From Alphaproteobacteria bacterium (GTDB lineage Bacteria; Pseudomonadota; Alphaproteobacteria; Rs-D84; SZUA-605): a DNA stretch of 64,000 nucleotides. Numbering within the stretch: position 1 is the first letter of the stretch; each line of letters begins with the position of its first letter. A model generated the notes under the pieces. That model had not been told where the DNA came from and did not search any database. It worked only from the letters and a program-made list of their open reading frames with translations. Location of the stretch: positions 28,184-92,183 of the forward strand of contig JAVBPW010000004.1 in assembly GCA_031549385.1 (NCBI GenBank), in the 5' to 3' direction. Positions 49,999 through 59,649 of this stretch are shown in pieces. The position numbers and the translations under genes were made by a program.

Positions 49999-50520
49999 AT
50001 GAATAATTCAAAAGATTCGTCACAAAACTTTGTTATTGGCGATAAAAGTAATTCTATTATAAAAGGCTATGTTGAAAACAACACACATTATTTTCAGCAT
50101 TATGTTACATTTTCAGAATCAGATGCAGCTGGAATCATATATCATGGACGTTATTTTGATATAGCTGAACGTGCACGTGGTGACATGTTAATGCTTGTTC
50201 CATATTTTGACACTAATTTTGAAGAAAACAAAAAGATTCATCAAGAAATTATGGATAACTATGTTTTTGTAATTCATTCATCTTCAGCAAGATATATAAG
50301 ACCTATAAAGGTTCTAAGTACAATAAGAATAGAATCAAATATACTAGAAATCAAAGGATTATCTATGGTTGTATTGCAAAGATTTTATTTAGACGACGAT
50401 CTATGTACTGAATTAACAATAAAATTTGCATTAGTAAGTTACAAAACTCTAATGCCAACAAGAATACCAGAATTCTGGGTAAAACACTTTAAAACACTAA
50501 TAAAACAAGAGGAAAAATAA
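49999..50520 (+). CDS. ybgC: YbgC-like acyl-CoA thioesterase
   Basis: SDAAGIIYHGRYF...ERAR, upstream of tolQ. Start re-called at ATG 49999. Confidence 0.8.
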   Translation: MNNSKDSSQNFVIGDKSNSIIKGYVENNTHYFQHYVTFSESDAAGIIYHGRYFDIAERARGDMLMLVPYFDTNFEENKKIHQEIMDNYVFVIHSSSARYIRPIKVLSTIRIESNILEIKGLSMVVLQRFYLDDDLCTELTIKFALVSYKTLMPTRIPEFWVKHFKTLIKQEEK

Positions 50521-50522
50521 CC

Positions 50523-51149
50523 ATGAAAGAGTTTTCATTTATATATTTATTATTTGGAGGAGGTTGGTTCTTAACACTTCTTTCATTATCATTGATAGCA
50601 ATGTCAATTTACACTTGGGCAATTATGATAGAAAAATATCTCTATTATAAAGCGCTAAAAAATAATACAGAATTTCAAAAAGATTTGAAATTTTTCAACT
50701 ATGATGCAAATAAATTGTATCAAAAATATTCAGTATCAAGTGCACAAACACCATATTCAAGAATTTTTGTAGCAGCCTATCAAACACCAAAAGATAAAAT
50801 GGATACAGTTTTAACAAATGTAGTTGAAAAAGAATTGGCAACAGCGGAAAAGAAAGCAGGATTTTTAAGCACAGCATCAACAATCGCTCCATTTATAGGA
50901 TTATTTGGAACAATTTGGGGAGTTATGGATGTATTCTCATCAATAGGAGTTCATGGAAGTACATCATTACAAGTTGTTGCTCCTGGTATTGGAATGGCTT
51001 TATCAACAACAGCGCTTGGATTAATAGTAGCTATCCCAGCAGCTTTTGGATACAGTTTATATTCAGAAAAATTTGATGAACTAGAATCAAGCTTATATCG
51101 TTTTGCAAGTGACATTCAAGAAATAGTTCTTCTTAAGAGAAAAGGTTAA
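50523..51149 (+). CDS. tolQ: TolQ (MotA/TolQ/ExbB)
   Basis: APFIGLFGTIWG, VAPGI, TALGLIVAIPA. Confidence 0.9.
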   Translation: MKEFSFIYLLFGGGWFLTLLSLSLIAMSIYTWAIMIEKYLYYKALKNNTEFQKDLKFFNYDANKLYQKYSVSSAQTPYSRIFVAAYQTPKDKMDTVLTNVVEKELATAEKKAGFLSTASTIAPFIGLFGTIWGVMDVFSSIGVHGSTSLQVVAPGIGMALSTTALGLIVAIPAAFGYSLYSEKFDELESSLYRFASDIQEIVLLKRKG

Positions 51150-51152
51150 TAA

Positions 51153-51581
51153 ATGTATAATAAAAACACAAGAATGATAAGAGATCTTCGTCGTGCAAGA
51201 AGAGAAAAAACTGGTCTTAATCTAACACCATTGATAGACATCATGACTGTGCTTTTAACTGTGTTTATGGTAACTGCACCAATGTTAACATCTGGCCTTA
51301 ACTTAGACCTTCCAAACGGTGGAAAATCGACACTTTCTCAAAATGAATCTGTTGTAATAAGTATTGATAAAAAAGGACAAACCTACATAGCATCTGAAAA
51401 GTATTCTTTTAAAGAATTGGTTAAAAAATTAAATGCTATGAGCAAAGAAAATAAAGAAGTTCAAATAGTGCTTTCAGCAGATAAAACAGTAGACTATGGA
51501 AAAGTAATTGAAATTATGGGAGCTCTAAAAGATTTAGGTTGGAGTAAAATCGGATTAAAGACAAAAGAATTTACAAATTAA
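51153..51581 (+). CDS. tolR: TolR (ExbD/TolR)
   Basis: NLTPLIDIMTVLLTVFMVTAP, ADKTVDYGKV. Confidence 0.9.
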   Translation: MYNKNTRMIRDLRRARREKTGLNLTPLIDIMTVLLTVFMVTAPMLTSGLNLDLPNGGKSTLSQNESVVISIDKKGQTYIASEKYSFKELVKKLNAMSKENKEVQIVLSADKTVDYGKVIEIMGALKDLGWSKIGLKTKEFTN

Positions 51582-51584
51582 GAA

Positions 51585-52451
51585 ATGGAAACAATAAAAG
51601 ACCTTTTTTTAAGACTATACAATGAAGTGTATTCAAGTCTATCTCTTGAAGGCAAAGGTTGGTCTTGGTCATTTTTCGTTCATATTCTTGTTTTTTTATG
51701 CCTTATAATCCTACCACTTACAGCTCTTAATTCAGTTTACAGAAGTTTAGCAAGACAAGAAGAAGAAAAAATCATCTATGTAGATTTACAAAATATAGAT
51801 ATTTCAACAAAAACAATTCTTCCAGAAATTGCAGCAAATCCTAAAGTTGATTTAACTAAGAAAGAAGAAACAAAAAAAGAAGAAAAAAAACAAAAAGAAA
51901 CAAAAGAAAAGCCACTTCCAAAGATTCCAGAAGATAAAACTAAGGAAACAACAAAGGAAGAGATTAAAATAGACCAAAGAAGTCCAGAGGTTATAAAGAC
52001 AATTCCACAGCAAAAAGGTCAAGAACCAACTCCTGTTTATGAACAAATAAATAAGGATAAAGATTTACCTGAAACTGATGACCCTAATTTCATTAAAAGA
52101 GAACAATTAGGTGGTGATCAAAGAAATGAAGGTAAAGATATGTCTATTTCTTTAAAGGATGCAATCAGAGTTAAGTTAAGACAATGTTGGAATGTAGATC
52201 CAAATGCATTAGGTGCTAAAGATATGAAAATCACAATCAATGTAGAATTTGCAATCGACGGCTCAGTAACTAAAGTTGAAATAGTAGATAAAGTACGTTT
52301 TGAAGAAGATATGCCATTCAGAGCAGTAGCATCATCAGCAAGAAGGGCGGTATTTATATGTTCTCCATTTGATTTCTTACCTCAAGATTTATATGAAAAA
52401 TGGAAAACTGCAGAATTCAACTTCTATCCATATCAAGGTAAAGTGGAATAA
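51585..52451 (+). CDS. tolA: TolA/TonB-like energy transducer
   Basis: TM SxxxH motif (SFFVHIL), K/E/P-rich linker, alphaproteobacterial-type C-domain QCWNV...ARRAVFICSPF. Confidence 0.8.
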   Translation: METIKDLFLRLYNEVYSSLSLEGKGWSWSFFVHILVFLCLIILPLTALNSVYRSLARQEEEKIIYVDLQNIDISTKTILPEIAANPKVDLTKKEETKKEEKKQKETKEKPLPKIPEDKTKETTKEEIKIDQRSPEVIKTIPQQKGQEPTPVYEQINKDKDLPETDDPNFIKREQLGGDQRNEGKDMSISLKDAIRVKLRQCWNVDPNALGAKDMKITINVEFAIDGSVTKVEIVDKVRFEEDMPFRAVASSARRAVFICSPFDFLPQDLYEKWKTAEFNFYPYQGKVE

Positions 52452-52516
52452 CATTAACCAAAACCATTGATTTTTCTTCAAAAACAAAGTATATATGACT
52501 TCAAAGGATTAAAAAT

Positions 52517-53458
52517 ATGCAAAAAGCTTATGTTTTTATTTTATTGTTATTATGTGCTTGTGCTTCAAAATCAGAAGACACTTCAAAAGATTTTTATAAA
52601 TTATCTCCATTGTATAAAGAAGGTAAATATAAAGAATTTAATAAAGAATACAGCAAAAGAATGTGCCATGCTAAAGCAAACGAATTTGATTTAAAAACTT
52701 GTGAGTGTGCTGATGAAAAGCTGTCATCTATTTTAACAGAAAATGAAACTCAGGACTTTGCAGACGTTTATTATGATCATTTAAAAAAATATAAAAACAT
52801 ATCAGAAGCTTCAAAAAATCCTAATTACAAAGCTATGATAGGATTATTAAAAAGCAATCCTGGATTATTAACAAAAACAATCCAAGTTCAAAGAGCTTGT
52901 CAGGTAGAAAAAGGTTTTAAAAAAACAGATTTATCAAAAATAATAATGGATAAATGGGAAAGCAATTGTATAAAGCAAGGTGAACTTAAAGAATGGTGTG
53001 CTTGTGTAAAAGAAGATATGCTTAAAACAACTACTAAAACAGAGTGGAACTATATTTATGATAATCTAACAAAGATAGGTTTAGAAACTCAAAAAAAGGA
53101 CAGTAAAGTAGTTTTAAAAGAAGCAATAGATAATAACAGTATTTACATAACAAAATATAGCAAAAGTGCAGCTAAGTGTTACAGTAAAACTAATTCATTA
53201 TTAAAGGAAACAACATATAAAGAATGTTTATCTAATGGAAGTAAAGATGTTTACTGTAAATGTTTATCTGAAAGAGTTGTATCAATAATAAAAGTTTATG
53301 ATTTTAAGTTATTAATGAAATTTGAAAGGGATATAGAAACAGAAGTTGAAAATAATAGAGTTGTTGATTTATATGAAAAAGCAGCAACTTACTGTAGTAA
53401 AAAACATCAAACAGAAATAATAACTGAAGAATTAATAGAATTAAATCAAGGTAAATAA
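52517..53458 (+). CDS. Cys-rich lipoprotein with three internal C-x(9-11)-CxC repeats
   Basis: Lipobox LCA|C; repeats CHAK...CEC, CIKQ...CAC, CLSN...CKC. Confidence 0.7.
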   Translation: MQKAYVFILLLLCACASKSEDTSKDFYKLSPLYKEGKYKEFNKEYSKRMCHAKANEFDLKTCECADEKLSSILTENETQDFADVYYDHLKKYKNISEASKNPNYKAMIGLLKSNPGLLTKTIQVQRACQVEKGFKKTDLSKIIMDKWESNCIKQGELKEWCACVKEDMLKTTTKTEWNYIYDNLTKIGLETQKKDSKVVLKEAIDNNSIYITKYSKSAAKCYSKTNSLLKETTYKECLSNGSKDVYCKCLSERVVSIIKVYDFKLLMKFERDIETEVENNRVVDLYEKAATYCSKKHQTEIITEELIELNQGK

Positions 53459-53459
53459 A

Positions 53460-54443
53460 ATGAAATTTTTAGACGAAGCAAAAATATATATCAAAGCAGG
53501 AAACGGTGGAAATGGTTGTATAGCATTCCGTCGTGAAAAGTATATTCCAGCAGGTGGTCCAAATGGTGGCGATGGTGGAAAGGGGGGTAATATAATCTTT
53601 AAATCTTACCCTAATTTAAATACTTTAATTGATTTTCGTTATGCTCAACATTATAAAGCTGAACGAGGACATGATGGTTCGGGTTGGCAATTACATGGAA
53701 AAGGTGGCGATGATTTATTAGTAAAAGTTCCAACAGGGACAGTAATACTTGCAGAAGATAAAAAAACAGTATTGTTTGACTTCCAAGAAGACGGGCAAGA
53801 ATTTATAGCAGCTAAAGGTGGAAATGGTGGTTGGGGAAATGAACGTTTTAAAACTTCAGTAAATCAAGCGCCTCGTCGTGCAAATCCAGGCCAAGAAGGT
53901 GAAGAAAAAACTCTATGGTTAAGATTAAAACTGATAGCTGATATAGGGTTTGTAGGTCTTCCAAGTGCAGGAAAATCAACACTACTTTCATTTTTAACTA
54001 ATTCTCACCCTAAAATTGGTAATTATCCATTTACAACTCTTCATCCTAATTTAGGAGTAATGTATGGTTATGGAAGTGAATTAGTTCTTGCTGATCTTCC
54101 GGGGTTAATAGAAGGGGCATCAGAAGGAATAGGCTTAGGAACAAGGTTCTTAGGTCACATAGAAAGATGTAGAGCTATTTTACATTTAATTGATGCATCA
54201 AGCGAAGATGTAGTGAAAGATTATAAAGTAATCAGAAACGAATTAAAAAAATATGGCCAAGGTTTAACTAAGAAGAAAGAAATCATAGTTTTAACTAAAA
54301 CAGACCTTATAACAGAAGAAGAATTAAAAGAAAAAGAAGCAGAGCTTAAGAAGGAAGTAAAAAAGACAGAAATTATAGCAATTTCCGCCCCAACAAATAC
54401 AGGCTTAGAAAAGCTAAAGCAAGTTTTATTCAAATTAAAATAA
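53460..54443 (+). CDS. obg: GTPase Obg/CgtA
   Basis: MKFLDEAKI, Gly-rich Obg fold, GLPSAGKST, YPFTT, DLPG, TKTD. Confidence 0.97.
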   Translation: MKFLDEAKIYIKAGNGGNGCIAFRREKYIPAGGPNGGDGGKGGNIIFKSYPNLNTLIDFRYAQHYKAERGHDGSGWQLHGKGGDDLLVKVPTGTVILAEDKKTVLFDFQEDGQEFIAAKGGNGGWGNERFKTSVNQAPRRANPGQEGEEKTLWLRLKLIADIGFVGLPSAGKSTLLSFLTNSHPKIGNYPFTTLHPNLGVMYGYGSELVLADLPGLIEGASEGIGLGTRFLGHIERCRAILHLIDASSEDVVKDYKVIRNELKKYGQGLTKKKEIIVLTKTDLITEEELKEKEAELKKEVKKTEIIAISAPTNTGLEKLKQVLFKLK

Positions 54444-54464
54444 TAAACTTAAAAATTATAGTAT

Positions 54465-54791
54465 ATGTTAAAATTTCGGTATTTTTTTATACTTACCCTT
54501 ATTTTAGGAGTAGGTTTTGGAATAATAAGTGCCAATATGGAAATGCACAAACAGCGAACAAGTGCAATTGATTCTTATTTCAAACAACCTGGTGATACTT
54601 TAGTAGTAAAACAAGTAATTCTTATTGGAGTTAATTTTGTTGTTATGTTTGAAGGAGAAGTTTTAGGCAAAACCATACCTTCAGAATACAATACACATTT
54701 TGATGATATACTTGGAATTAACCCAGGGGACAAACTTAATATTGTCTTCAAAGATAGTATTAATTTTATAGTAAAAGGGAAAATTAAATAA
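54465..54791 (+). CDS. Hypothetical membrane-anchored protein (orphan)
   Basis: N-terminal TM; followed by a terminator. Confidence 0.55.
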   Translation: MLKFRYFFILTLILGVGFGIISANMEMHKQRTSAIDSYFKQPGDTLVVKQVILIGVNFVVMFEGEVLGKTIPSEYNTHFDDILGINPGDKLNIVFKDSINFIVKGKIK

Positions 54792-54805
54792 TAATATTGA
54801 AATAA

Positions 54806-54838
54806 GGATTGAGATTGAGTTTAAATCTCAATCTTTTT
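54806..54838 (+). terminator. Intrinsic terminator
   Basis: GGATTGAGATT-loop-AATCTCAATCT-TTTT. Confidence 0.65.
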
Positions 54839-54923
54839 CTTTAAGTCATTGAGAGGGGTAGTTTTTTATTCATTTATAATTTGATAAAAGTGTTCTAAAA
54901 TGTATTATTTGGTATTAATATAA

Positions 54924-54951
54924 TAGTCGCATAAGATATATTATGTATACA
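54924..54951 (+). other. dif: dif site (XerC/XerD chromosome dimer resolution)
   Basis: TAGTCGCATAA-GATATA-TTATGTATACA: 11-6-11 architecture matching the proteobacterial CGCATAA-N6-TTATG core. Intergenic, at the point where gene orientation converges. Confidence 0.8.
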
Positions 54952-54960
54952 ATAATATAT

Positions 54961-54990
54961 AAAAACCCTGAAAATCAATTCAGGGTATTT
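54961..54990 (-). terminator. Intrinsic terminator
   Basis: ACCCTGAA-loop-TTCAGGGT with a minus-strand T-tract. Confidence 0.6.
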
Positions 54991-55003
54991 ATTAGTTATA
55001 AAC

Positions 55004-55420
55004 TTACCAGATTTCTGGAAATCCAGCTTTTCTTATCTCTTTTCTTATCTTCTTTTGAAACCTTCCTTCAGTATTAAATAAAAGGAATAAGTATATTGTT
55101 AATAAAATTGAATTAGCAATTACTAAATTTTCAAATTCTGTATAAAACAATATAACACTAATCCCTACTAATGTTCCAAATGTACAAGATATAATAACTT
55201 GCACCCATGGTTTTAATGGAAAGTTAATCCTTTCATTAGGTATATCAATAACCGCTCGTCTAACAAACGGAATGGAGATAATAATATAATTATTAATCCA
55301 TATAGGATCATTTTCTTCAAAAGTCTTATTTTTTACAATAATATATTGAAGAGATCCTTTATTTCCGATATACACAGTCGTTGAAGGTTTTTCAAAAGCT
55401 CTCAGTATTCTTATTTTCAT
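55004..55420 (-). CDS. Hypothetical 2-TM membrane protein (orphan)
   Basis: 138-aa ORF with two C-terminal TM helices and a basic tail. Confidence 0.55.
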   Translation of the reverse strand: MKIRILRAFEKPSTTVYIGNKGSLQYIIVKNKTFEENDPIWINNYIIISIPFVRRAVIDIPNERINFPLKPWVQVIISCTFGTLVGISVILFYTEFENLVIANSILLTIYLFLLFNTEGRFQKKIRKEIRKAGFPEIW

Positions 55421-55425
55421 CAGTT

Positions 55426-55536
55426 TCAGAATATAGAATCTAATAAAAAACCAAGACTTATTATAATGCCAAGAAAGATAACGAACCCCAGAATATCTGG
55501 AATTCCTCTAATAAAGCGTAAAATGTGTATTTTCAT
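55426..55536 (-). CDS. Small single-TM protein (36 aa), not in the ORF track
   Basis: MKIHILRFIRGIPDILGFVIFLGIIISLGFLLDSIF*; fills the gap between plsC and 55420. Confidence 0.45.
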   Translation of the reverse strand: MKIHILRFIRGIPDILGFVIFLGIIISLGFLLDSIF

Positions 55537-55566
55537 ATATGTTTATTTATAGGTTCAAAGTATAAT

Positions 55567-56280
55567 TTAAAACTTTTTTTGTTCAATTTCAATAGTTTCT
55601 TCTATTTTACCTATAAATTCTTTCTTATCGACATTCTTTTTAAATTGAATAGGAGGCATTATTTTAACAATAACAGTTCCAGGTTTCTTTACAAATTGCC
55701 CTTTCCCCCAGAACTTACCTGTGTTAAGAGCAATAGGAATAACATCAATTTTCCCATTCATAGCGCTATAAACCCCATAAGCACCGCTCTTATATCCAGA
55801 AATCTTACCAAAAGGTACCCTAGTACCTTCAGGAAAAATCACAACAGACTGACCTTTCTTCATTAATTTCTTTACCTGCCTCTCAATCTTTTCAATAGAT
55901 TCCTTTCCTTTCTTCCTATCTATAATAATAAAGTCAGCTTTATGCATTCCCCATCCAAAAACAGGTAAATATAAAAGCTCTTTTTTTACAATAAAAGCTG
56001 GTTTTCTAAGGTAATTGTAAAGCAAGAAAGTTTCATACATAGATTGATGTTTAGCAACATAAAGAGCTGTTTTTTTTGATATATTTGATAACCCTTCTAT
56101 TTTATAATCAATTCCACAACAATATTTTAAAAGGAATAAATTAACTTTATTCCACCAACAAGCTGTATTTTTCATAACAGATCCAGGTAAAAATAAAGCA
56201 ATAATCACAACAGGCATAATACTCAAAGTATTAATAACTAAAAATATATAAAATAGTATTGTTCCAATAAAAGCTTTCAT
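55567..56280 (-). CDS. plsC: 1-acyl-sn-glycerol-3-phosphate acyltransferase
   Basis: KHQSMYET, FPEGTR, IPIALN. Start re-called at ATG 56280 (SD GGAGG). Confidence 0.9.
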   Translation of the reverse strand: MKAFIGTILFYIFLVINTLSIMPVVIIALFLPGSVMKNTACWWNKVNLFLLKYCCGIDYKIEGLSNISKKTALYVAKHQSMYETFLLYNYLRKPAFIVKKELLYLPVFGWGMHKADFIIIDRKKGKESIEKIERQVKKLMKKGQSVVIFPEGTRVPFGKISGYKSGAYGVYSAMNGKIDVIPIALNTGKFWGKGQFVKKPGTVIVKIMPPIQFKKNVDKKEFIGKIEETIEIEQKKF

Positions 56281-56282
56281 AT

Positions 56283-56843
56283 TTAAATAGCCTCCAAACG
56301 TAATAAGTGCCAAATATTAGCAGAATAATATTTAACAAACTCTCTAAAGAACATAGCAACTCTATCTTTACCTTCATATTTAACTGGATAAGGTAATAAA
56401 GTAACATTTTTATTAAAATATCTAAATTCCAGTAAAGACCTTTGCATATGAAAATAATCTGTCACTAAATAAATAGTTTTAAAAGCAAAATTATGTTTTT
56501 CATTAAACTCTAAGAACTCCATAGCGTTTTCTGTAGTATTTCTTGCCCATTTTCCTACATAAACCTGCCCTCTTACATTTGATTTTTCATAATGTTTGAA
56601 TAATTTTTCATCCCTAGATTTAGAATGAACCCCAGTAATAAATAAAACATCAGAAACTTTCTTATTAAGTAATTCAAATCCAGTTTTAATTCTAAGTTCC
56701 CCACCAGTAAGAACAACAATAGCATCAGCTTTAGCTAAAGATTCACTAGGTTTAATAGGAAGATTATTTTTAAAAACCCAAAGTCCTGAAACAAATCCAG
56801 CTATAACAATAAAAACAAGAATAGCCCATACTCGTATTTTCAA
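56283..56843 (-). CDS. YdcF/ElyC (DUF218) family protein
   Basis: DAIVVLTGG, ARNTTENA, LVTDYFHMQRS, EFVKY. Confidence 0.88.
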   Translation of the reverse strand: MKIRVWAILVFIVIAGFVSGLWVFKNNLPIKPSESLAKADAIVVLTGGELRIKTGFELLNKKVSDVLFITGVHSKSRDEKLFKHYEKSNVRGQVYVGKWARNTTENAMEFLEFNEKHNFAFKTIYLVTDYFHMQRSLLEFRYFNKNVTLLPYPVKYEGKDRVAMFFREFVKYYSANIWHLLRLEAI

Positions 56844-57730
56844 ATCTTTGGTCCTTTTCTCAAGGTTTTCATAACTGTCCTATAAGACGATATAGCAGCA
56901 ATTAAAAAACATGCGAAAGGTAAACAACCTACCACTACCCAATTAGCAGGTGCCAAATCAAGTAATGCAAACAATGAACTATTAGAATTTTGTGCTACAT
57001 AAATAATGAAGAACAAAACAGGAAAAGCAATCAATGTTCCAAATATTCCTCCTATCAAACAAAGCTTAGCAGTTGACATAGCAAATATTTTAGCAATAAA
57101 ATTATCCTTTGCTCCCATAATATTGAGAAGCCTTACAATTCTGATTTGTATAAGCATAGAAGTCTTTGTACTATAACTAATAACTCCAAACATAGCAACT
57201 AATGAAATACCTAATATAATATAAGCTAAATTATTGAAAATTCTTGTAATAAGCCCTGCTTTCTTTACCCAATCTTCATGTCTATAAACTTTAGTATTCT
57301 TATCTTGTTTTGATATAGCATTTTCCAAAGTTTCAAAATCTTCTTTAGGCAAATTCTTAAAAGTTTTCACTTCTAATACTTCAGGAAAAATAGCATATTT
57401 AGTTTTAAAATCTTTATGCAACCACGGTTTCATTAATTCATTCATAGTATTCTTACTAATAATTTTAACACTTTTAACCATTACATCTTTTTCTAAAAAT
57501 TCTTTTAATTTCTGAGCACGAGCTACCTTTTCCGACTCTGGATTTTTAGCATCATATTCAGGCATAACTTGTATAGAAAGTGAACTTTCAATTGTATACT
57601 TCCAAGAATTAAGCGCTCTTGATGACAAAAATACAATAGCAAGCGATATAGAAGCCAAAAACACTATCAGTGCAGACACGATAGGTAAAAATTTAGAATT
57701 AGTATCATTTTTAAATATATTCACAGCCAT
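56840..57730 (-). CDS. ftsX: Cell division permease FtsX
   Basis: 4-TM topology, LLNIMGAKDNFI, downstream of ftsE. Confidence 0.85.
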   Translation of the reverse strand: MAVNIFKNDTNSKFLPIVSALIVFLASISLAIVFLSSRALNSWKYTIESSLSIQVMPEYDAKNPESEKVARAQKLKEFLEKDVMVKSVKIISKNTMNELMKPWLHKDFKTKYAIFPEVLEVKTFKNLPKEDFETLENAISKQDKNTKVYRHEDWVKKAGLITRIFNNLAYIILGISLVAMFGVISYSTKTSMLIQIRIVRLLNIMGAKDNFIAKIFAMSTAKLCLIGGIFGTLIAFPVLFFIIYVAQNSNSSLFALLDLAPANWVVVGCLPFACFLIAAISSYRTVMKTLRKGPKI

Positions 57731-58515
57731 TAAAAATCCTCATATTCTTCAATTTTTTGTTTAACTTCTTCTACTTTATTTGGGCCAAATTTCAAAAAAT
57801 CTTGTTTTTTAACTAATTCCAAATGTCCTTTATTCAGGTGTAATTGATCAAATTTAAACTTATCAATCAATTCATTATTGTGAGTTGCTAAAATAATAGT
57901 AGTTTTAAATTTTTGATTTAATTGAACAAACAAAGATATAAGCTTATGAGCCATATCAGGATCAACATTACCAGTAGGTTCGTCCGCAACCAAAATATCA
58001 GGCTTATTTATAACAGCACGAGCAATAGCAACTCTTTGTTTTTGTCCCCCAGAAAGGGTTTTAGGAGAAACATTCATAAATTCTCCAAGACCAATCCAGT
58101 GTAAAAAAGCACTAACATTTGATTGAATATAGCTATCAGATTTACCTAAAATCTTTAAAGGTAAAGCAACATTTTCAAAAACAGTTAAATGTGGAATAAG
58201 TTCATAATCCTGGAACACAACCCCTATTTTCTTTCTAATCCCAGAAATCCAATCACGATCAGAATAAATAATAGGCTTATTAAAAAGTTCAATTCTTCCA
58301 GTTGTTGGTTGATTTTCAAGATAAAGCAAAGAAAGCAATGTAGTTTTTCCAGCACCACTGTTTCCAGTAAGAAAGTAACATTCCCCTCTTTTAACTTCTA
58401 AATTAACATTACGTAAAATTTCTGGACCGTTACCATATCGATAACCTACATTTTTCAAGGAAATAATAGATCCTTGTTCCTGTTCTTCTCCAATAGCAAA
58501 ACTTAAATTCCTCAT
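57730..58515 (-). CDS. ftsE: Cell division ATPase FtsE
   Basis: GNSGAGKTT, IGVVFQD, ENVALPL, LSGGQKQR, ADEPTGNVD. Confidence 0.9.
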   Translation of the reverse strand: MRNLSFAIGEEQEQGSIISLKNVGYRYGNGPEILRNVNLEVKRGECYFLTGNSGAGKTTLLSLLYLENQPTTGRIELFNKPIIYSDRDWISGIRKKIGVVFQDYELIPHLTVFENVALPLKILGKSDSYIQSNVSAFLHWIGLGEFMNVSPKTLSGGQKQRVAIARAVINKPDILVADEPTGNVDPDMAHKLISLFVQLNQKFKTTIILATHNNELIDKFKFDQLHLNKGHLELVKKQDFLKFGPNKVEEVKQKIEEYEDF

Positions 58516-58570
58516 GGTTTAAATTTTAGTTATTTCCCCCTCAAAAGTCAACGAGAAAAATGAGATTTTT

Positions 58571-59023
58571 TTAGTTTCTTTTTTCCTTAAAAAAATCCTG
58601 TAAAATTTTCTTTAATTCTTTAGATTGAGCAACTTCTAAATATTCAAAACTAGTTTTGAATAAATTATTTTGAGTTTTTGGAATTTTTGAATTATGTAAA
58701 ACTGCTCCACCCTTTTCGTCTTTTACTAAAAAAATACATTTTTCAATTCGACTATAAGTAATAGCAGTTGCACACATAGGACATGGTTCAAGTGATGATA
58801 CCAAAACAAGATCAGATAAAACTTTAGTTTTCTTTTTTTTAAAAGCTTGTTCCAAACAATTTATTTCAGCATGTTTTAATGGGTTAATTAAAGCTTCACT
58901 ATAATTTGAACTTTCAGCAACAATATTATGATTATCGTCAATAATTATAGCTACATTAGGTACTTCATTAACTTTAACAGCACCCTTTGCAAGTTCAATT
59001 AATCTGTCATAAATTTTATCCAT
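58571..59023 (-). CDS. tadA: tRNA adenosine deaminase-like protein
   Basis: NEVP, HAE, LEPCPMC. Confidence 0.85.
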   Translation of the reverse strand: MDKIYDRLIELAKGAVKVNEVPNVAIIIDDNHNIVAESSNYSEALINPLKHAEINCLEQAFKKKKTKVLSDLVLVSSLEPCPMCATAITYSRIEKCIFLVKDEKGGAVLHNSKIPKTQNNLFKTSFEYLEVAQSKELKKILQDFFKEKRN

Positions 59024-59074
59024 AAATTAATGATAAAATAAAATAAATTGTTTTTCAATATAAATTAAACTATA

Positions 59075-59635
59075 ATGAAAAGCATGCAAATAATTTCAGG
59101 AAAATTCAGAGGCAAAAAATTACAACTTCCAAATGAGGAAGTAACTCGCCCCACTTCACAAAAAGCTCGTGAAGCTCTTTTATCAATATTAGAATCAAAA
59201 CACAGGCATACAGACACTTTTATAGATGCTTTTGCAGGTTCAGGTGCTGTTGGTGCAGAGATAATATCAAGGAATTTTGCAGATAAAGTTATCTTTATTG
59301 AAAACAATCCCGACTCCTTCAAAGTTCTTGAAAGAAATATTAAGTCTTTAAAAGATATAAATAATTATCAACTAATAAATAAAGATTTTACTACATTTAT
59401 TAAAAGTAAAAAAGATTTGAAAAATACCATAATTTTTATGGACCCTCCTTACATTAATACTCAAAAAATAATAAACGATATTAAATTATTTAAAGATTAT
59501 ATTAAAAGTGATACATTACTAATTTTAGAAACAGAAAACTCAGAAATTCAAATACCAAATTTTCTTCAAATATCACTTCAAAAAAGATATGGAAGAACTA
59601 ACTTTTTATTTCTCTCATTATTGACAAATGAATAG
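59075..59635 (+). CDS. rsmD: 16S rRNA m2G966 methyltransferase
   Basis: IISGKFRGKKL, TRPT, DAFAGSG, DPPY, KRYG. Confidence 0.92.
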   Translation: MKSMQIISGKFRGKKLQLPNEEVTRPTSQKAREALLSILESKHRHTDTFIDAFAGSGAVGAEIISRNFADKVIFIENNPDSFKVLERNIKSLKDINNYQLINKDFTTFIKSKKDLKNTIIFMDPPYINTQKIINDIKLFKDYIKSDTLLILETENSEIQIPNFLQISLQKRYGRTNFLFLSLLTNE

Positions 59636-59649
59636 AATCCTATTATAAT
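59621..59649 (+). promoter_or_regulatory. Consensus sigma70 promoter
   Basis: Exact TTGACA-17 nt-TATAAT. Confidence 0.75.
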
